This document shows, one piece after another, positions 13,342 through 25,895 of a stretch of DNA of 64,000 bases. How positions within the stretch are numbered: position 1 is the first letter of the stretch; the number at the start of each line of letters is the position of its first letter. Origin of the DNA: Mobula hypostoma (taxonomy: Eukaryota); the NCBI RefSeq assembly GCF_963921235.1, contig NC_086108.1:41790001-41854000 (forward strand), read 5' to 3'. A model generated the notes under the pieces. It saw only the letters and a list, made by a program, of their open reading frames with translations. It did no database searches and was not told the DNA's origin. The position numbers and the translations under genes were made by a program.

Positions 13342-13737
13342 CTTAAAGAAGCTTAAAGACGGCAAACGTAAAAGAGGTGAACAACAGAAGAGATTCAAAG
13401 ACGTCTTAAAAGCCAACATGAAGAAATGTAACATCGACATCAACAATTGGGAAACCAATGCCAAGGACAGGAAACTCTGGCAAGCCATCATCCGAGAAGG
13501 AACAGCAACTTTCGAAGCCAACAGATGTGCAGAATTAGAAGAAAAGAGAAGAAAATGGAAAGAGAGACAGCAACGACCAAAGCCCGATCTGCCATCTGGA
13601 ACTACCTGTCCTGAATGCAGAAGAACTTTCAAAGCCAAGATTGGACTCATAAGCTACTTGAGAGCCCATAGGTAGATCAACAGAACGAAGACCATCATCC
13701 TTGACCTCGAGGGATAGCTACGACGATGACGACGACT
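13342..13737 (+). mobile_element. RTE-clade LINE 3' fragment
   Basis: QKRFKDVLKANMK...CPECRRTFKAKIGLISYLRAH; (CGA)n-like tail; closely similar to the copy at 34881-35539. Confidence 0.88.
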
Positions 13738-16700
13738 CTCAAACAGTGTGAATGTCCAAACATCATTGCTGCACCATTAAGAATACCAAACAAAATACAG
13801 TAATTCAATGAAAAAATACAGAACCTAAAACAAACCAAGATGTAAATCTTTTCTCAATACAACCCTGGGATACTGTCAATACATGGGAGCTCATTTAACG
13901 TAGACCCATTTAATTTTCCACTGAACTTTAAGTGTCAGTAATGGCAATTTTGATCTCAAGCAATGCCAGAAACAGCAGTAGACTTAGCCATGCAGAAAAG
14001 TAGTTGCAATATTTTTATCGACCAAGGACACCTAAGTCATTGCTTTTTCTAATTCTAATTAAGCTTCAGTGAGTTTGTTCAAATAATGAACAGATTGTTT
14101 TCTTAAGTTTTGAATCAGTTTACAGGCACTAATTAGCAAAACCCAAGGTAGAATGGCAAGTCAAGGCAGAAAGAGACAAAACCCATTTAGATTACAAACA
14201 GTAATGAATTTTTAAATATTTTGATGCACAGATAATTTTTTTTCTAACTGATCAAAATTAAGAAGCTGAGTTTAGCAATTCTGCTTTGTCACGTTAGTGC
14301 CATTTGATCTGGAATATATAACCCACCTCCCCCACCCCCACCTCTCTTTGCCGTAGGTTGGAAGATAATGCTTTTATTTTGCTAAGAACAAACACAGAAA
14401 AGTTATGCACATGGACAATTCAACTGGAAAGAATGAGTTCATTAAACCACTGGGTTAGTACCAAGCAACCATATTTTTTTGCTTATATCATTTAAATGTC
14501 GGGAAATTGCACGACCCAGACTGTAAAGGAAACAGTACCTGGAACATGCCTACTTGGCATATGCAAACTCTTTATTTGTAGCACAACATAAAACTAGTCG
14601 TAACAGTGGAAGTTGATGTAAACAGCTGGAAATAGCAGTTCACATCTTGTGCACTTTGTTCAAGCCATCTGGATGTTCCATTGTGTTTGGTCAGCGCTGA
14701 CTGTCGAAATCTGACAGTTGATATATGTTCAGTTCAAGTAAACTGCCGCAGCCTGCTCTTGGGACCCCATGCTTAAATTTTCAGTGTTTTGTGGAAATTT
14801 CTGTCAGATTGGAACAGAGTTGTCTGTATCCTCTGTGGCAGCCCTCCAAATTCCTCAGGCATTTTACTGGAGCAGTGTTCTGCTTTCATACTTTGTAGGT
14901 TATGAAAACTATGCCAAAGTTCTTGTGAGCAGCTGGACGAGTGTCAGCTGACAGGAATGATTTTTCAATATGCACCACAGAATAAAGAGAAAGCTTGCTC
15001 CTGTGAGAATTGAAGTTGTGTATGTTTGACAAGAACGCCATCTAACAAATGAGCCGCTTGAAATAAGTCACACGATTGTTGTTCGATATTCTTCTGTCTC
15101 TTCTGCGCAGAGGAATGACAAGGAAGACTTTACACAAACACCTAACAAACAGGCATTTACTGATAACTACACAAACACATAGATCAGGCTCCACATTGTT
15201 GCAAGCCTAGACTTAAAGAATTTGATCCCAATCACCAATTTGACTGTTCAATAATTGTTCACCATCTTCAGTAGACTTAACCTCTTCTCATTTCTGAAAC
15301 AGATTGACAGTGACATAGCTCATTTTAGATACTGAAGTAAATCTTCACATTTGTTTGATTCTGTATATATGCTACCCCTGATTTTGATCTCTGTGCTTTA
15401 TGTGACAGGAGGTGCAAAGTTTTGCTGTGACAGGTTTATATAATCACCTGGACCACATCCAGTAATTTGATGGAGAAGCTCCAAATCCTCCTGAAATTGA
15501 AAACAAATCTCTCAACCAGTGCTGTAAGTAAAACCCAGGGGAAAAAAAATCTTCAGAAATCCATGAAAAAGTGTACATGATTAACTTTGTTCAAAATATA
15601 AACTATAGGAGGTGGGGGGGAAGAAGTATTGGGCAGTGGAGATGGAAGTCCAAGTGATAACTCCTTCAAGGACATAGCTAAGGCTGGCAACTTTACTGTC
15701 GAATGATCATTGGGTGAGTAGAGGAAAAGAGGTGGGTCTAGATTCACCATCTGGCGTTTGTGAACAGCATTCCCTGCTTTGATTTTGTTTCAGATCCTTA
15801 AGACCAAATTTGCTGAGAGGGAACATCCTGGTCCAACAAAGCAAGGTTCTATCTGTCATCAGGCCCGCAGTCTGTATAATCAGGTCACATGGGCAAGCCA
15901 GAACAAGCACTGTCCACAAAACTGCCCAGGAAAGCTGGAAGAAGAGTCAACACTATGCTGACCCAATTTTGTTGCCTAATTTGAATTCATACGTGCCAAG
16001 TACTGTATGTGTATTTTGTAAATTTAATAAGCATTTTAACAATATCAAAGGCTCCTGTTGAAGTAGGGACAACAATTAGAGGACAGAGATTGAAGATAAC
16101 TGGCAAGAAGAGAAGTGAAATAGTAAGAAGCTGGGAGCTTGAACTTACTGCTTGAAAGGGTGGGGAGGCATATTAATTTCAAAAGAGAAATATGGAAAGA
16201 AAATACATGCTTCCCTAGAGGAAAAAGAGTGAAAGAGGGGGACCAAATAAGTTTCTCTTCCAAAGAACCAACACAGGCATGATGGACATGCTGCATGTTG
16301 GCGCATTTCTACAAACCTAATGCAATCTAAGCCATTACCAACCAGATGGAAAAAATAGTGGTTTTTGTGGTGAGCTGTTAGTTTGGAAGTTGTGCAATGT
16401 AATATCTAGTGGGAAACTAAGAGGCAAAAAAGGATAAAACAGTGAAGTTGCTGTACTTAAAAGGCTTTAATAAGACTATATTTAACTATCAGTGTAATTG
16501 CATTCATGGAGTTCCAAATGGAACTAATGCTTTTGTTTACCAGGGATCACAGTTTTATAAATCCATAATCAGCTGATAATCGATTTTGCAGCTATTATTT
16601 GTAGGGAGCCAGTTTTAAGGCTTTCCAACTCTACTTTCCCTCCCCCACGGCTATTTGGATTGAATGCCCTAAAATCACTGTTGATTTAATTTCAGAACAA

Positions 16701-19700
16701 TCATTTGAAGGTCATTCTTTCTTCCCAATTTTTCCATTACAAGATACTTATTAATCTCTTACTAACAGACTGGGACATCTATATCATGGATTCCATACAA
16801 GCACCATCAATACAAGGGTGAAGTTGACATTTCTCCTTCTATATCCATCCCAAAAAATTCTAGAGCAGCTGTAAATTACTGAAGCTGTGTATTTAAGAAA
16901 ATGCTTGCGGAAAGTGCATGTTTGAACAGTTCAAGCAATTAACGATGATATTTGCATTAACTTTTCTTTATCATATCAATAAACTTGAGCAGGGCATAAG
17001 CCTTTGAAATAAATACACAAAGTATTAAACCTAGCTGCACCAAATCATGGAAAGCAATTTTTTAAATTTAAAGTTCCTACTACCTGTAATCTACAACATA
17101 ATACAAGAAAGACCTTGCATTCAGAATTTTTTGTAAGATATAAAGTTAAAATCTAAGTTTTTATATGCACTGGGAATATGAAAAGATGAGAAATCTATAT
17201 AATTATTTTTAATTTTGTATCATAATTCATGACTGTAACAACATTCATTTTATGTAATAATCTTTAAACCTCCCATCAAATAAGGGTGGATCATTAACCA
17301 AGGAAAAGGAAACACACTGAAGCATGTCATTACATATTTACAATAAAGATGGATTTTAGCAAATATCAACCAAATCTATATGACACTAAGTAAATCTTTG
17401 TAACAAAAATTAAATGATAATTTAAAGGCAAGTTGATTTCTCATCAAAGATAAAGAAATTAAGGATATATAAATTGTGAAGATAATAATTTTGTTGATGA
17501 AGTTGTTATTTTCTCTGGTGCCCTATTCATTATGTAAAGTTAAAAATGTATTGTGCGTCAGTACTGCTCGCATTCCTTAATGATCTTCTGCACCTGCTCA
17601 TCTGGTACATTTTTAATTAACACTCTAAGGAGGTTTGTCAGTAGTAATCAAAAACATTGTCACTTATAAAGCTGTGGCAAAAAAATCAATAGTTTTTCAT
17701 CAGAAAAGGTTATTTCTGGCATAAGTGAACCATTTAATTACTTCATTCAAATAAACAAAACTCCATACTTTAATGACTCGATTCTATGAATCAATACAGT
17801 CATACATTTTATTAAGCAGCAACATGTAGGAAGGTATTTTAAGTCCTTCTAATCAAGGCAGAAGCATGTTCCTTATTCTCATTTCCTTGGTAACTGCAAT
17901 AAGTTTCAAACCCTTTGCAGGCCCATGATTTATACACAGGAATTGACTCCCATGGCAGTAACACAGTGATGGGTGACTAGTTCTCAACAGTAACCTACTG
18001 GCACTTGATAAAGTGCCTGAAGCAGAATGAATTCACTTCTTTTTTCCTCACTCATCAACAGGCTCTGCCCTGACCCCCCCCCTCCCCACCCCCACACCAT
18101 CCTGATGGATGTGACAGGGTCTTGTCGTTTTTGACTGAGAAAACTGACTACTGAGGCTTATTTTTCCAGCACACCCCAGTTCCGTTTCATGTTCACCTTC
18201 TTCAAAGTAGAACTAGGAACACAAAAGGATTTTCATCGCTAACATAACATTTATGGATAGTTTGAAACAATGACACTGAGCTGCAACTCCCGACAAAAAA
18301 ATAAAGAAGAGCATTAACTTTCAATTCTCCTACAGGCATTGCTTCACAGCTCATAGCTATTGCTTTTTTCAATTTCTCCCCAGAGAGTCAGGAGTTATTA
18401 CCCCTGTCGATGGAGGAGAAAGGGATGTTATTCCCCTGTCACCCACCCAACTCTGGCATATTCCCTTTCCTGATCTATAGCCTTCCACAGTGAAAGAGTC
18501 TGACATGCTGTTAGTTCTCAACTATGTCAGATTCATCTACCTGTATGGCTGGAATTATTTTACAGAGCCCAAGTGGCACAATGTCACAGGAGTCAAGATG
18601 AAAAAGAATTTCAAAAAAGATGTGGTGTGAAAGACACGAGGTACACAGAAACAACTACCATGTTAGGTATTGAGAACAACTATGTTAAACAAGGAGCCTC
18701 CATTGTATTGAGCAAAGCTACATGTCTTTTGCATTGTTCTAGTCTACAGAAAGTAAATAAATCAGTGTTTTGCATTTGAAGTGCTGAAAGCAGCGCCAAT
18801 AATTCTGATTAATTATGGTTTTAAATACTGCTAGAAGAAAATAGAGATAACTTCTGTGGACAGCAGATGTACTTTATAGTGTGTCTCCAAATTATCGATT
18901 TTTCACTGGAATGACAGCCCTGATTAGGTTGTGCTTTTATGTGCCTCACATGCAAAGGAAGCATGGCAGAACACTGAGACGGGATCCTTCTGGCTGAATT
19001 TGGCGTTTCCCATTGGAACTGCTGGAGTTTCGCTACGTAAATTAAAGTCTTTGACTTCTACACATGCCTTATCCAACGAGGAAGACCATAACATATTGAG
19101 TGACCGATCATATTACATCTGACAGTAAATTCCAATCAGAATCAGCATCGGTTTTGGATATTTGGATTTTTGGATTCTAGCCTTTCTGACAGTAATATCA
19201 ATTAAATTATTGTAATTTGATGTTTATAATTATTTCAAAGTTTTTATGTACCATTGAATGAATCTGTTACTTTTTTTAAAATCAGCTATTTAATTTTATT
19301 TTTTTAAACGTCCATGCCAGTCACTGTGGGACTGCTAATATACTTGATGTTTTTGATAGTAGACAAAGCACCGAACCACCTTTGCCTTCTTTTAAGGATG
19401 TCAGTGGCATTCTAGATGGGGCCTCTGCTCTGGTCCACAGCAAGCCTGGTTGTCATCTGAACCTCACCACCCAATTCCAGGAATGTCCACATCCATCTTA
19501 GCTGGCTACAATGTTCTAGGCAGTGATTCCAGTTGATGGGCAGTTCCAGCACCATCTGACCCTTTGATAATTTATTTTCCACACATTATAAATGAAAATT
19601 TAATTTCTCAAACTTTTTACTAAGATTCAGCAATTATGTACATCTATGCTAAACTATCAATATAATTCTGTGGCCACTAATAAACAAATACTGTATTTGA

Positions 19701-22345
19701 AGTTTCCAGTCTAAGAAAGAGCAGATCCACAGAAAATCTAGGTACGATGGAAACTAATCAAGTCTTTGAAATTGATTTGTATCATACTAGCATTGCATCA
19801 GAAGAGTTGGCATTCTCTTGGTTACTCAATACATCCACTGGTTGAGTGGTTCTGATACTGCAACTTTCACTTTGACAATGACTACACAATAAACAAACCA
19901 TCTCAGTTTGGGATAGTGTTAAAAATATAATAGATTCAGATTGTAAAATTTCCAAATAAGACTTCTAAATCCTGTACCACATACACAAGACATCAGAATA
20001 CTTGTAAACTTCTTAGTCAAATGATCTCTGCATTGGTTTCAAGGATTTTGAGAATTTTACTATGAGTACAAGCCACCGACTTTCAATTCTCCCTTCTATA
20101 CAATTCAGGCATATTCCCGGTGTTGCCTCAGGTAATCTTTATGTTTGAATATAAACACATGAATTAAACACACTATTACACAAAGCTGAAGAGCATACTG
20201 GAAATGGTGTGAATGTGGCACTTTTGAAAGTATAGTGGTCATGACACACTTTATTTACTGTAATTGAGTTGAAATTTATGCCAGAGTTAGAGAACACCAG
20301 CTGTTAAATGGTTGACAAAGAGGGGAAGTTTAAAGCTAGTTTAGATTTAAGATTAACAGTCCCCTTAGGAAACTGAATCTGAGGTCAAACATTTTTTTTA
20401 TTTAGCTGTATTGTTTGTTGCGGTACTTGTCATTCCTGGGGATTCTTCTAAATTAAACTACACCCAGGGCGTTTACTCATGGTATGAGTGACCAGTCTCA
20501 TATACTGTATTTTTGCTAACAATTATGCATTCTGAAAAATAACTCAATTCTTTTTTTTGTGCTTGGAAGAATGGCTTTCAAAATGCAACGACATAGAGAA
20601 TGAAGCAAACCTGTTCAAAGAATGCACGACAAAATGCCATCAGGATGAGCCCATGTGCAATGCCCAGGATTAGGGACTCCATGTAAGTTAATTTTCTTTT
20701 CATCTGTACTTGCAAATAATTGAAGATGAAATCTCACACAATTAGTCTATATAAAGGCATTTGCTTTTTCAGTCATAAGAAAATCAAGCAAAAACCTCAG
20801 GGCTTTGGAGTAAAATTGATGTTAAGAGGTCCTGGCTATCTGTAGCATTATCCTACTGGTAGGGGAGATTGAAACAGAGAGCTGGATTGCAGATTCTAAT
20901 GGATGAAAATGATTAAAAGATCCCGTGCCACAATTCAAAGATGAGAGGGAGGCCTCTCAGTTCTGACAGAAGATTCCTCCCTACGACTGCCACCAAAATG
21001 AAGCAACATGGTAAATCAAGTAACTGCTGTTTCTAGAATCCTGCTGATTATAAAGTGCTGCCAGATTTCCCTCTAAAGCAAGTCATGTTTTTTAACAGAA
21101 TTATGGTGCTTTAGAAACAGAAGTCTTTCTTTGACCGTCTGTACCTGACATAAAATTTCTAAAGGCCCGTAGAACTCTCTGACTGAGTGATAAATTATCT
21201 ATGCTTATACTCAGAATCAGATCTTCTCTGATTGGCATAAAAATTGACCTTTTTAAATAAGAGTTTAAAACATAGTTCAACATGCCTTCTCAATTACAGG
21301 GGAAGGAACTGTTTTCCAATCTTGTTTCATTTATGAATGATCAGAACCTGGATCCTCTAATTAAACCAACACAGCTGAGCTAAATAGTCTTGTTATATCT
21401 ATATTCCTCACATAATTTTAAAAAGTCTGAATTATATTCTCACTTTATTTATGCTGAAGAAAATAAGCTGCAGATGCTTGGATCATTCTGACCAGTTTCC
21501 GTGAACATTGTCCAACAAGGAAAGCGCTTGCAGCTATGTCATGCCTAGTTTTCATCCCAAGTCCTTCAAAAGTACTTTACAGCCAGTAGTTTTGAAGTCC
21601 TGTCAAGGTAATGATGCCAGAAGTGTGGCCCATGCTTGGCTGCACAGAGGCCTTCACATGCATTCACTATCTATTCCCCACTGCTTATCACTTATCTGGT
21701 GCTAATCCACAAGGTCATACTTGCTGGACCTAATCAGTGAGGTCACCTAACATAATCAGATGTTATGGATGGGTGGAACAAGCCCAATCCACAAACATTG
21801 ACACCCAGTGGAGCCAAGACCACAGTACCACTGTCTGCCTCAACTCTCAATCATTTGGAATGCTTTTGAATGCAAAAGAAATGTCGAGAAAGGAATAATA
21901 ACTAATTTAAAAACACTTAAAGCTACCTATTGCAAACAAAAATCATTTGAAAAAGTTCAATTGAGCTTATTCTTGCCTCTCTTCCTTATGATGTAATAGT
22001 TCCACTAAAATAAATGGGCTCACAGATTCTACAATGGGTCTAATATTAACCAACACACTTACTAAAGAATCTCAGGAAGTTCACATTCAATTGAGGCACT
22101 CAATGAACTGACATCTGACATACTTGGTGGCTGCAATCCATCAGCAAGTTCGCAACTTCCATATATGGAAAAAGGCAACACCTAAATCCCAAGGAGTTCT
22201 CCAAGGATCTGCCAGCAAATTATAGCAGGATTCAGGCGGCTACTTTTAAAGCAGCCACTCATACCTACAAACATAAACACACTGCAGAGATGAATCTCCA
22301 GCTGATCTAGAATTCACCACTTGGAAGGGTGGTGGAACCAGTTCT

Positions 22346-23050
22346 CTTTCAATATTTTTATTATTGATTTATACAAATATACAAGAATACAGAGTACAGG
22401 AAAAAATGTGTCAATACATTAAGCTAAATTGCATATAAAGACTCCTTATCCTGTATTTGTACAAGTCAATTAGTTTGTAACATTGAAAAATAATAATTTT
22501 ATTATATTAAAAAAATCTAACCTACTACCAAGACCGAAGCTGATTAGTAGAAAAAAAAGAAAAAAGATTGTTAGTCATCATCTGTGCTTTAACAGCAAAT
22601 CAAAGGTCTTTAAAATAATTCAGAAGAGGTCCCAACAATGTTTGAAAGTCCTGGTTAGATTCAAAGATAGGACGTCGAATCTACTCTAAATTTAAACATG
22701 ACATCACATCACGTAACCATTGGGGGTGAATAGGAGGGGCTGCATCTTTCCATTTAAGCAAGAGCGTCCTTCTGGCCATAAGAGACATAAAAGCCAAAAT
22801 GTGCAAATCAGATGGCTCCAGAATAATATCCTTTCCTCCAACAATACCAAATAAAGCAGTCAAAAGACTAGGCTTGAAATTTACTTTAAAAAGTATCAAA
22901 AAGGTTTGAAATGCTTCTTTCCAATATTTTCCAAGACTCGGACGTGCCCAAAACATATGAATCAGTGAAGATTCTCCATTATTACATTTATCACTATACG
23001 GAGATACATCTAAATAAAAATGAGACAACTTATCCTTCGTCATATGGGCT
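22346..23050 (-). mobile_element. L1-clade LINE 3' fragment
   Basis: ORF 22681-23091 is homologous to the L1 at 10668-11128 (HMTKDKL...HMFW...ALFG...WK); 11-bp TSD GAACCAGTTCT at 22335-22345 and 23051-23061. Confidence 0.9.
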
Positions 23051-23535
23051 GAACCAGTTCTGACAGTAACTTTCGAAAGGAAATTGGACAATAACTGAAA
23101 AATGAAATAAAATCTGCAGAGCTACAAGAAAAAAGCAGGGAAGTGGACTCACTGGGTCACTCTTTCAATTCAATAGTTCCATTTAATACCAGAGGATGTA
23201 TATAATATACAACTTGAAATTCTTATTCTCCACAGACATCCTCAAAACAGAGGGAAAAAACCCAAACGGTGAATAACAGAAAAAACATAGGAATCCCAAA
23301 GCCCCCTGCCCCCCTCCCACGCACAAGCAGCAGCAAGCAACATCAACTTTCTTTCCCCCCCCACTTATTCCAGCATAAAGCTTCACAATTCTCACTACCT
23401 GCCACCCAAGCAAAAGCAAAAGCAAAGCCCCCAAGGAGAGATCATGGTCTACAGTCCATCAAAAAGAAACTGCTCTCTCCAACATTTCAACGTCCACAGG
23501 CACTGTCTCTTACTAACTAGGGAGAGACAGATATC

Positions 23536-25699
23536 AAACAACAGGAATTCTGCAGATGCTGGAAATTCAAGCAACATACATCAAAGTTGCTGGTGAACGC
23601 AGCAGGCCAAGCAGCATCTGCAGGAAGAGGTGCAGTCGACGTTTCAGGCCGAGACCCTTCGTCAGGACTAACTGAAGGAAGAGTGAGTAAGGGATTTGAA
23701 AGTTGGAGGGGGAGGGGGAGATCCAAAATGATAGGAGAAGACAGGAGGGGGAGGGATAGAGCCGAGAGCTGGACAGGTGATAGGCAAAAGGGGATACGAG
23801 AGGATCATGGGACAGGGGGTCCGGGAAAAAAGACAAGTGGGGGGGGTGACCCAGAGGATGGGCAAGAGGTATATTCAGAGGGACAGAGGGAGAAAAAGGA
23901 GAGTGAGAGAAAGAATGTGTGCATAAAAATGAGTAACAGATGGGGTACGAGGGGGAGGTGGGGCCTTAGCGGAAGTTAGAGAAGTCGATGTTCATGCCAT
24001 CAGGTTGGAGGCTACCCAGATGGAATATAAGGTGTTGTTCCTCCAACCTGAGTGTGGCTTCATCTTTACAGTAGAGGAGGCCATGGATAGACATGTCAGA
24101 ATGGGAATGGGATGTGGAATTAAAATGTGTGGCCACCGGGAGATCCTGCTTTCTCTGGCGGACAGAGCGTAGATGTTCAGCAAAGTGGTCTCCCAGTCTG
24201 CATCGGGTCTCGCCAATATATAAAAGGCCACATCGGGAGCACTGGACGCAGTATATCACCCCAGTCGACTCACAGGTGAAGTGATGCCTCACCTGGAAGG
24301 ACTGTTTGGGGCCCTGAATGGTGGTAAGGGAGGAAGTGTAAGGGCATGTGTAGCACTTGTTCCGCTTACACGGATAAGTGCCAGGAGGGAGATCAGTGGG
24401 GAGGGATGGGGGGGACGAATGGACAAGGGAGTTGTGTAGGGAGCGATCCCTGCGGAATGCAGAGAGGGGGAGGGAAAGATGTGCTTAGTGGTGGGATCCC
24501 GTTGGAGGTGGCGGAAGTTACGGAGAATAATATGTTGGACCTGGAGGTTGGTGGGGTGGTAGGTGATGACCAGGGGAACCCTATTCCTAGTGGGGTGGTG
24601 GGAGGATGGAGTGAGAGCAGATGTACGTGAAATGGGGGAGATGCGTTTAAGAGCAGAGTTGATGGTGGAGGAAGGGAAGCCCCTTTCTTTAAAAAAGGAA
24701 GACATCTCCCTCGTCCTAGAATGAAAAGCCTCATCCTGAGAGCAGATGCGGCGGAGACGGAGGAATTGCGAGAAGGGGATGGTGTTTTTGCAAAAGACAG
24801 GGTGAGAAGAGGAATAGTCCAGATAGCTGTGAGAGTCAGTAGGCTTATAGTAGACATCAGTGGATAAGCTGTCTCCAGAGACAGAGACAGAAAGATCTAG
24901 AAAGGGGAGGGAGGTGTCGGAAATGGACCAGGTAAACTTGAGGGCAGGGTGAAAGTTGGAGGCAAAGTTAATAAAGTCAACGAGTTCTGCATGCGTGCAG
25001 GAAGCAGCGCCAATGCAGTCATCGATGTAGTGAAGGAAAAGTGGGGGACAGATACCAGAATAGGCACGGAATATAGATTGTTCCACAAACCCAACAAAAA
25101 GGCAGGCATAGCTAGGACCCATACGGGTGCCCATAGCTGCACCTTTAGTTTGGAGGAAATGGGAGCAGCCAAAGGAGAAATTATTAAGAGTAAGGACTAA
25201 TTCCGGTAGACGGAGCAGAGTGGTGGTAGAGGGGAACTGATTAGGTCTGGAATCCAAAAAGAAGCAGAGAGCTTTGAGACCTTCCTGATGGGGGATGGAA
25301 GTATATAAGGACTGGACATCCATGGTGAAAATAAAGCGGTGGGGGCCAGGGAACTTAAAATCATCGAAAAGTTTAAGAGCGTGAGAAGTGTCACGAACAT
25401 AGGTCGGAAGGGATTGAACAAGGGGTGATAAAACAGTGTCGAGGTATGCAGAAATGAGTTCGGTGGGGCAGGAGCAAGCTGAGACATAGGTCGGCCAGGA
25501 CAGGCAGGTTTGTGGATCTTGGGTAGGAGGTAGAAACGGGAAGTGTGGGGTGTGGGAAATATAAGGTTGGTAGCAGTGGATGGGAGATCCCCTGAGCGGA
25601 TAAAGTCGGTGGTGGTGTGGGAGACAATGGCCTGGTGCTCCTTAGTGGGGTCATGATCGCGGGGTAAATAAGAGGAGGTATCCGCGAGTTGTCGCTGTG
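23536..25699 (-). mobile_element. Penelope-like element (Neptune type), left arm of inverted dimer: RT, Cys linker, GIY-YIG, pLTR
   Basis: ORF 24289-25323 has MDVQSLYT, GAAMGTRMGPSYA, YIDD; ORF 23966-24292 is GIY-YIG; frameshifted. Confidence 0.95.
23633..23674 (-). ncRNA. Minimal hammerhead ribozyme motif in Penelope pLTR
   Basis: Same sequence as 8752-8793 (CTGACGA...GAAACGTC on the minus strand). Confidence 0.8.
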
Positions 25700-25700
25700 T

Positions 25701-25820
25701 GTGGGAGACAATGGCCTGGTGCTCCTTAGTGGGGTCACGATCAAGGGGTTGTGGGAGACAATGGCCTGGTGCTCCTTAGTGGGGTCACGATCAAGGGGTT
25801 GTGGGAGACAATGGCCTGGT
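25701..25820. repeat. 50-bp tandem repeat, 2.4 copies, derived from the Penelope left arm
   Basis: GTGGGAGACAATGGCCTGGTGCTCCTTAGTGGGGTCACGATCAAGGGGTT starts at 25701, 25751 and 25801; source sequence near 25617-25665. Confidence 0.95.
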
Positions 25821-25895
25821 CTTCAACCCTCCTCTTCTTCATGGACTTCAACCCTCCTCTTCTTCATGGACTTCAACCCTCCTCTTCTTCATGGA
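25821..25895. repeat. 25-bp tandem repeat, 3 copies, at the 5' end of the Penelope right arm
   Basis: CTTCAACCCTCCTCTTCTTCATGGA at 25821, 25846 and 25871. Confidence 0.95.

Noticed and set aside
20570..20690. Exon-like segment on the plus strand ending CAT|GTAAGT
   Set aside because: Stops in all three frames
25701..25895. Short direct repeats superficially like a CRISPR array
   Set aside because: Head-to-tail repeats without spacers, derived from adjacent Penelope sequence, in a eukaryotic context
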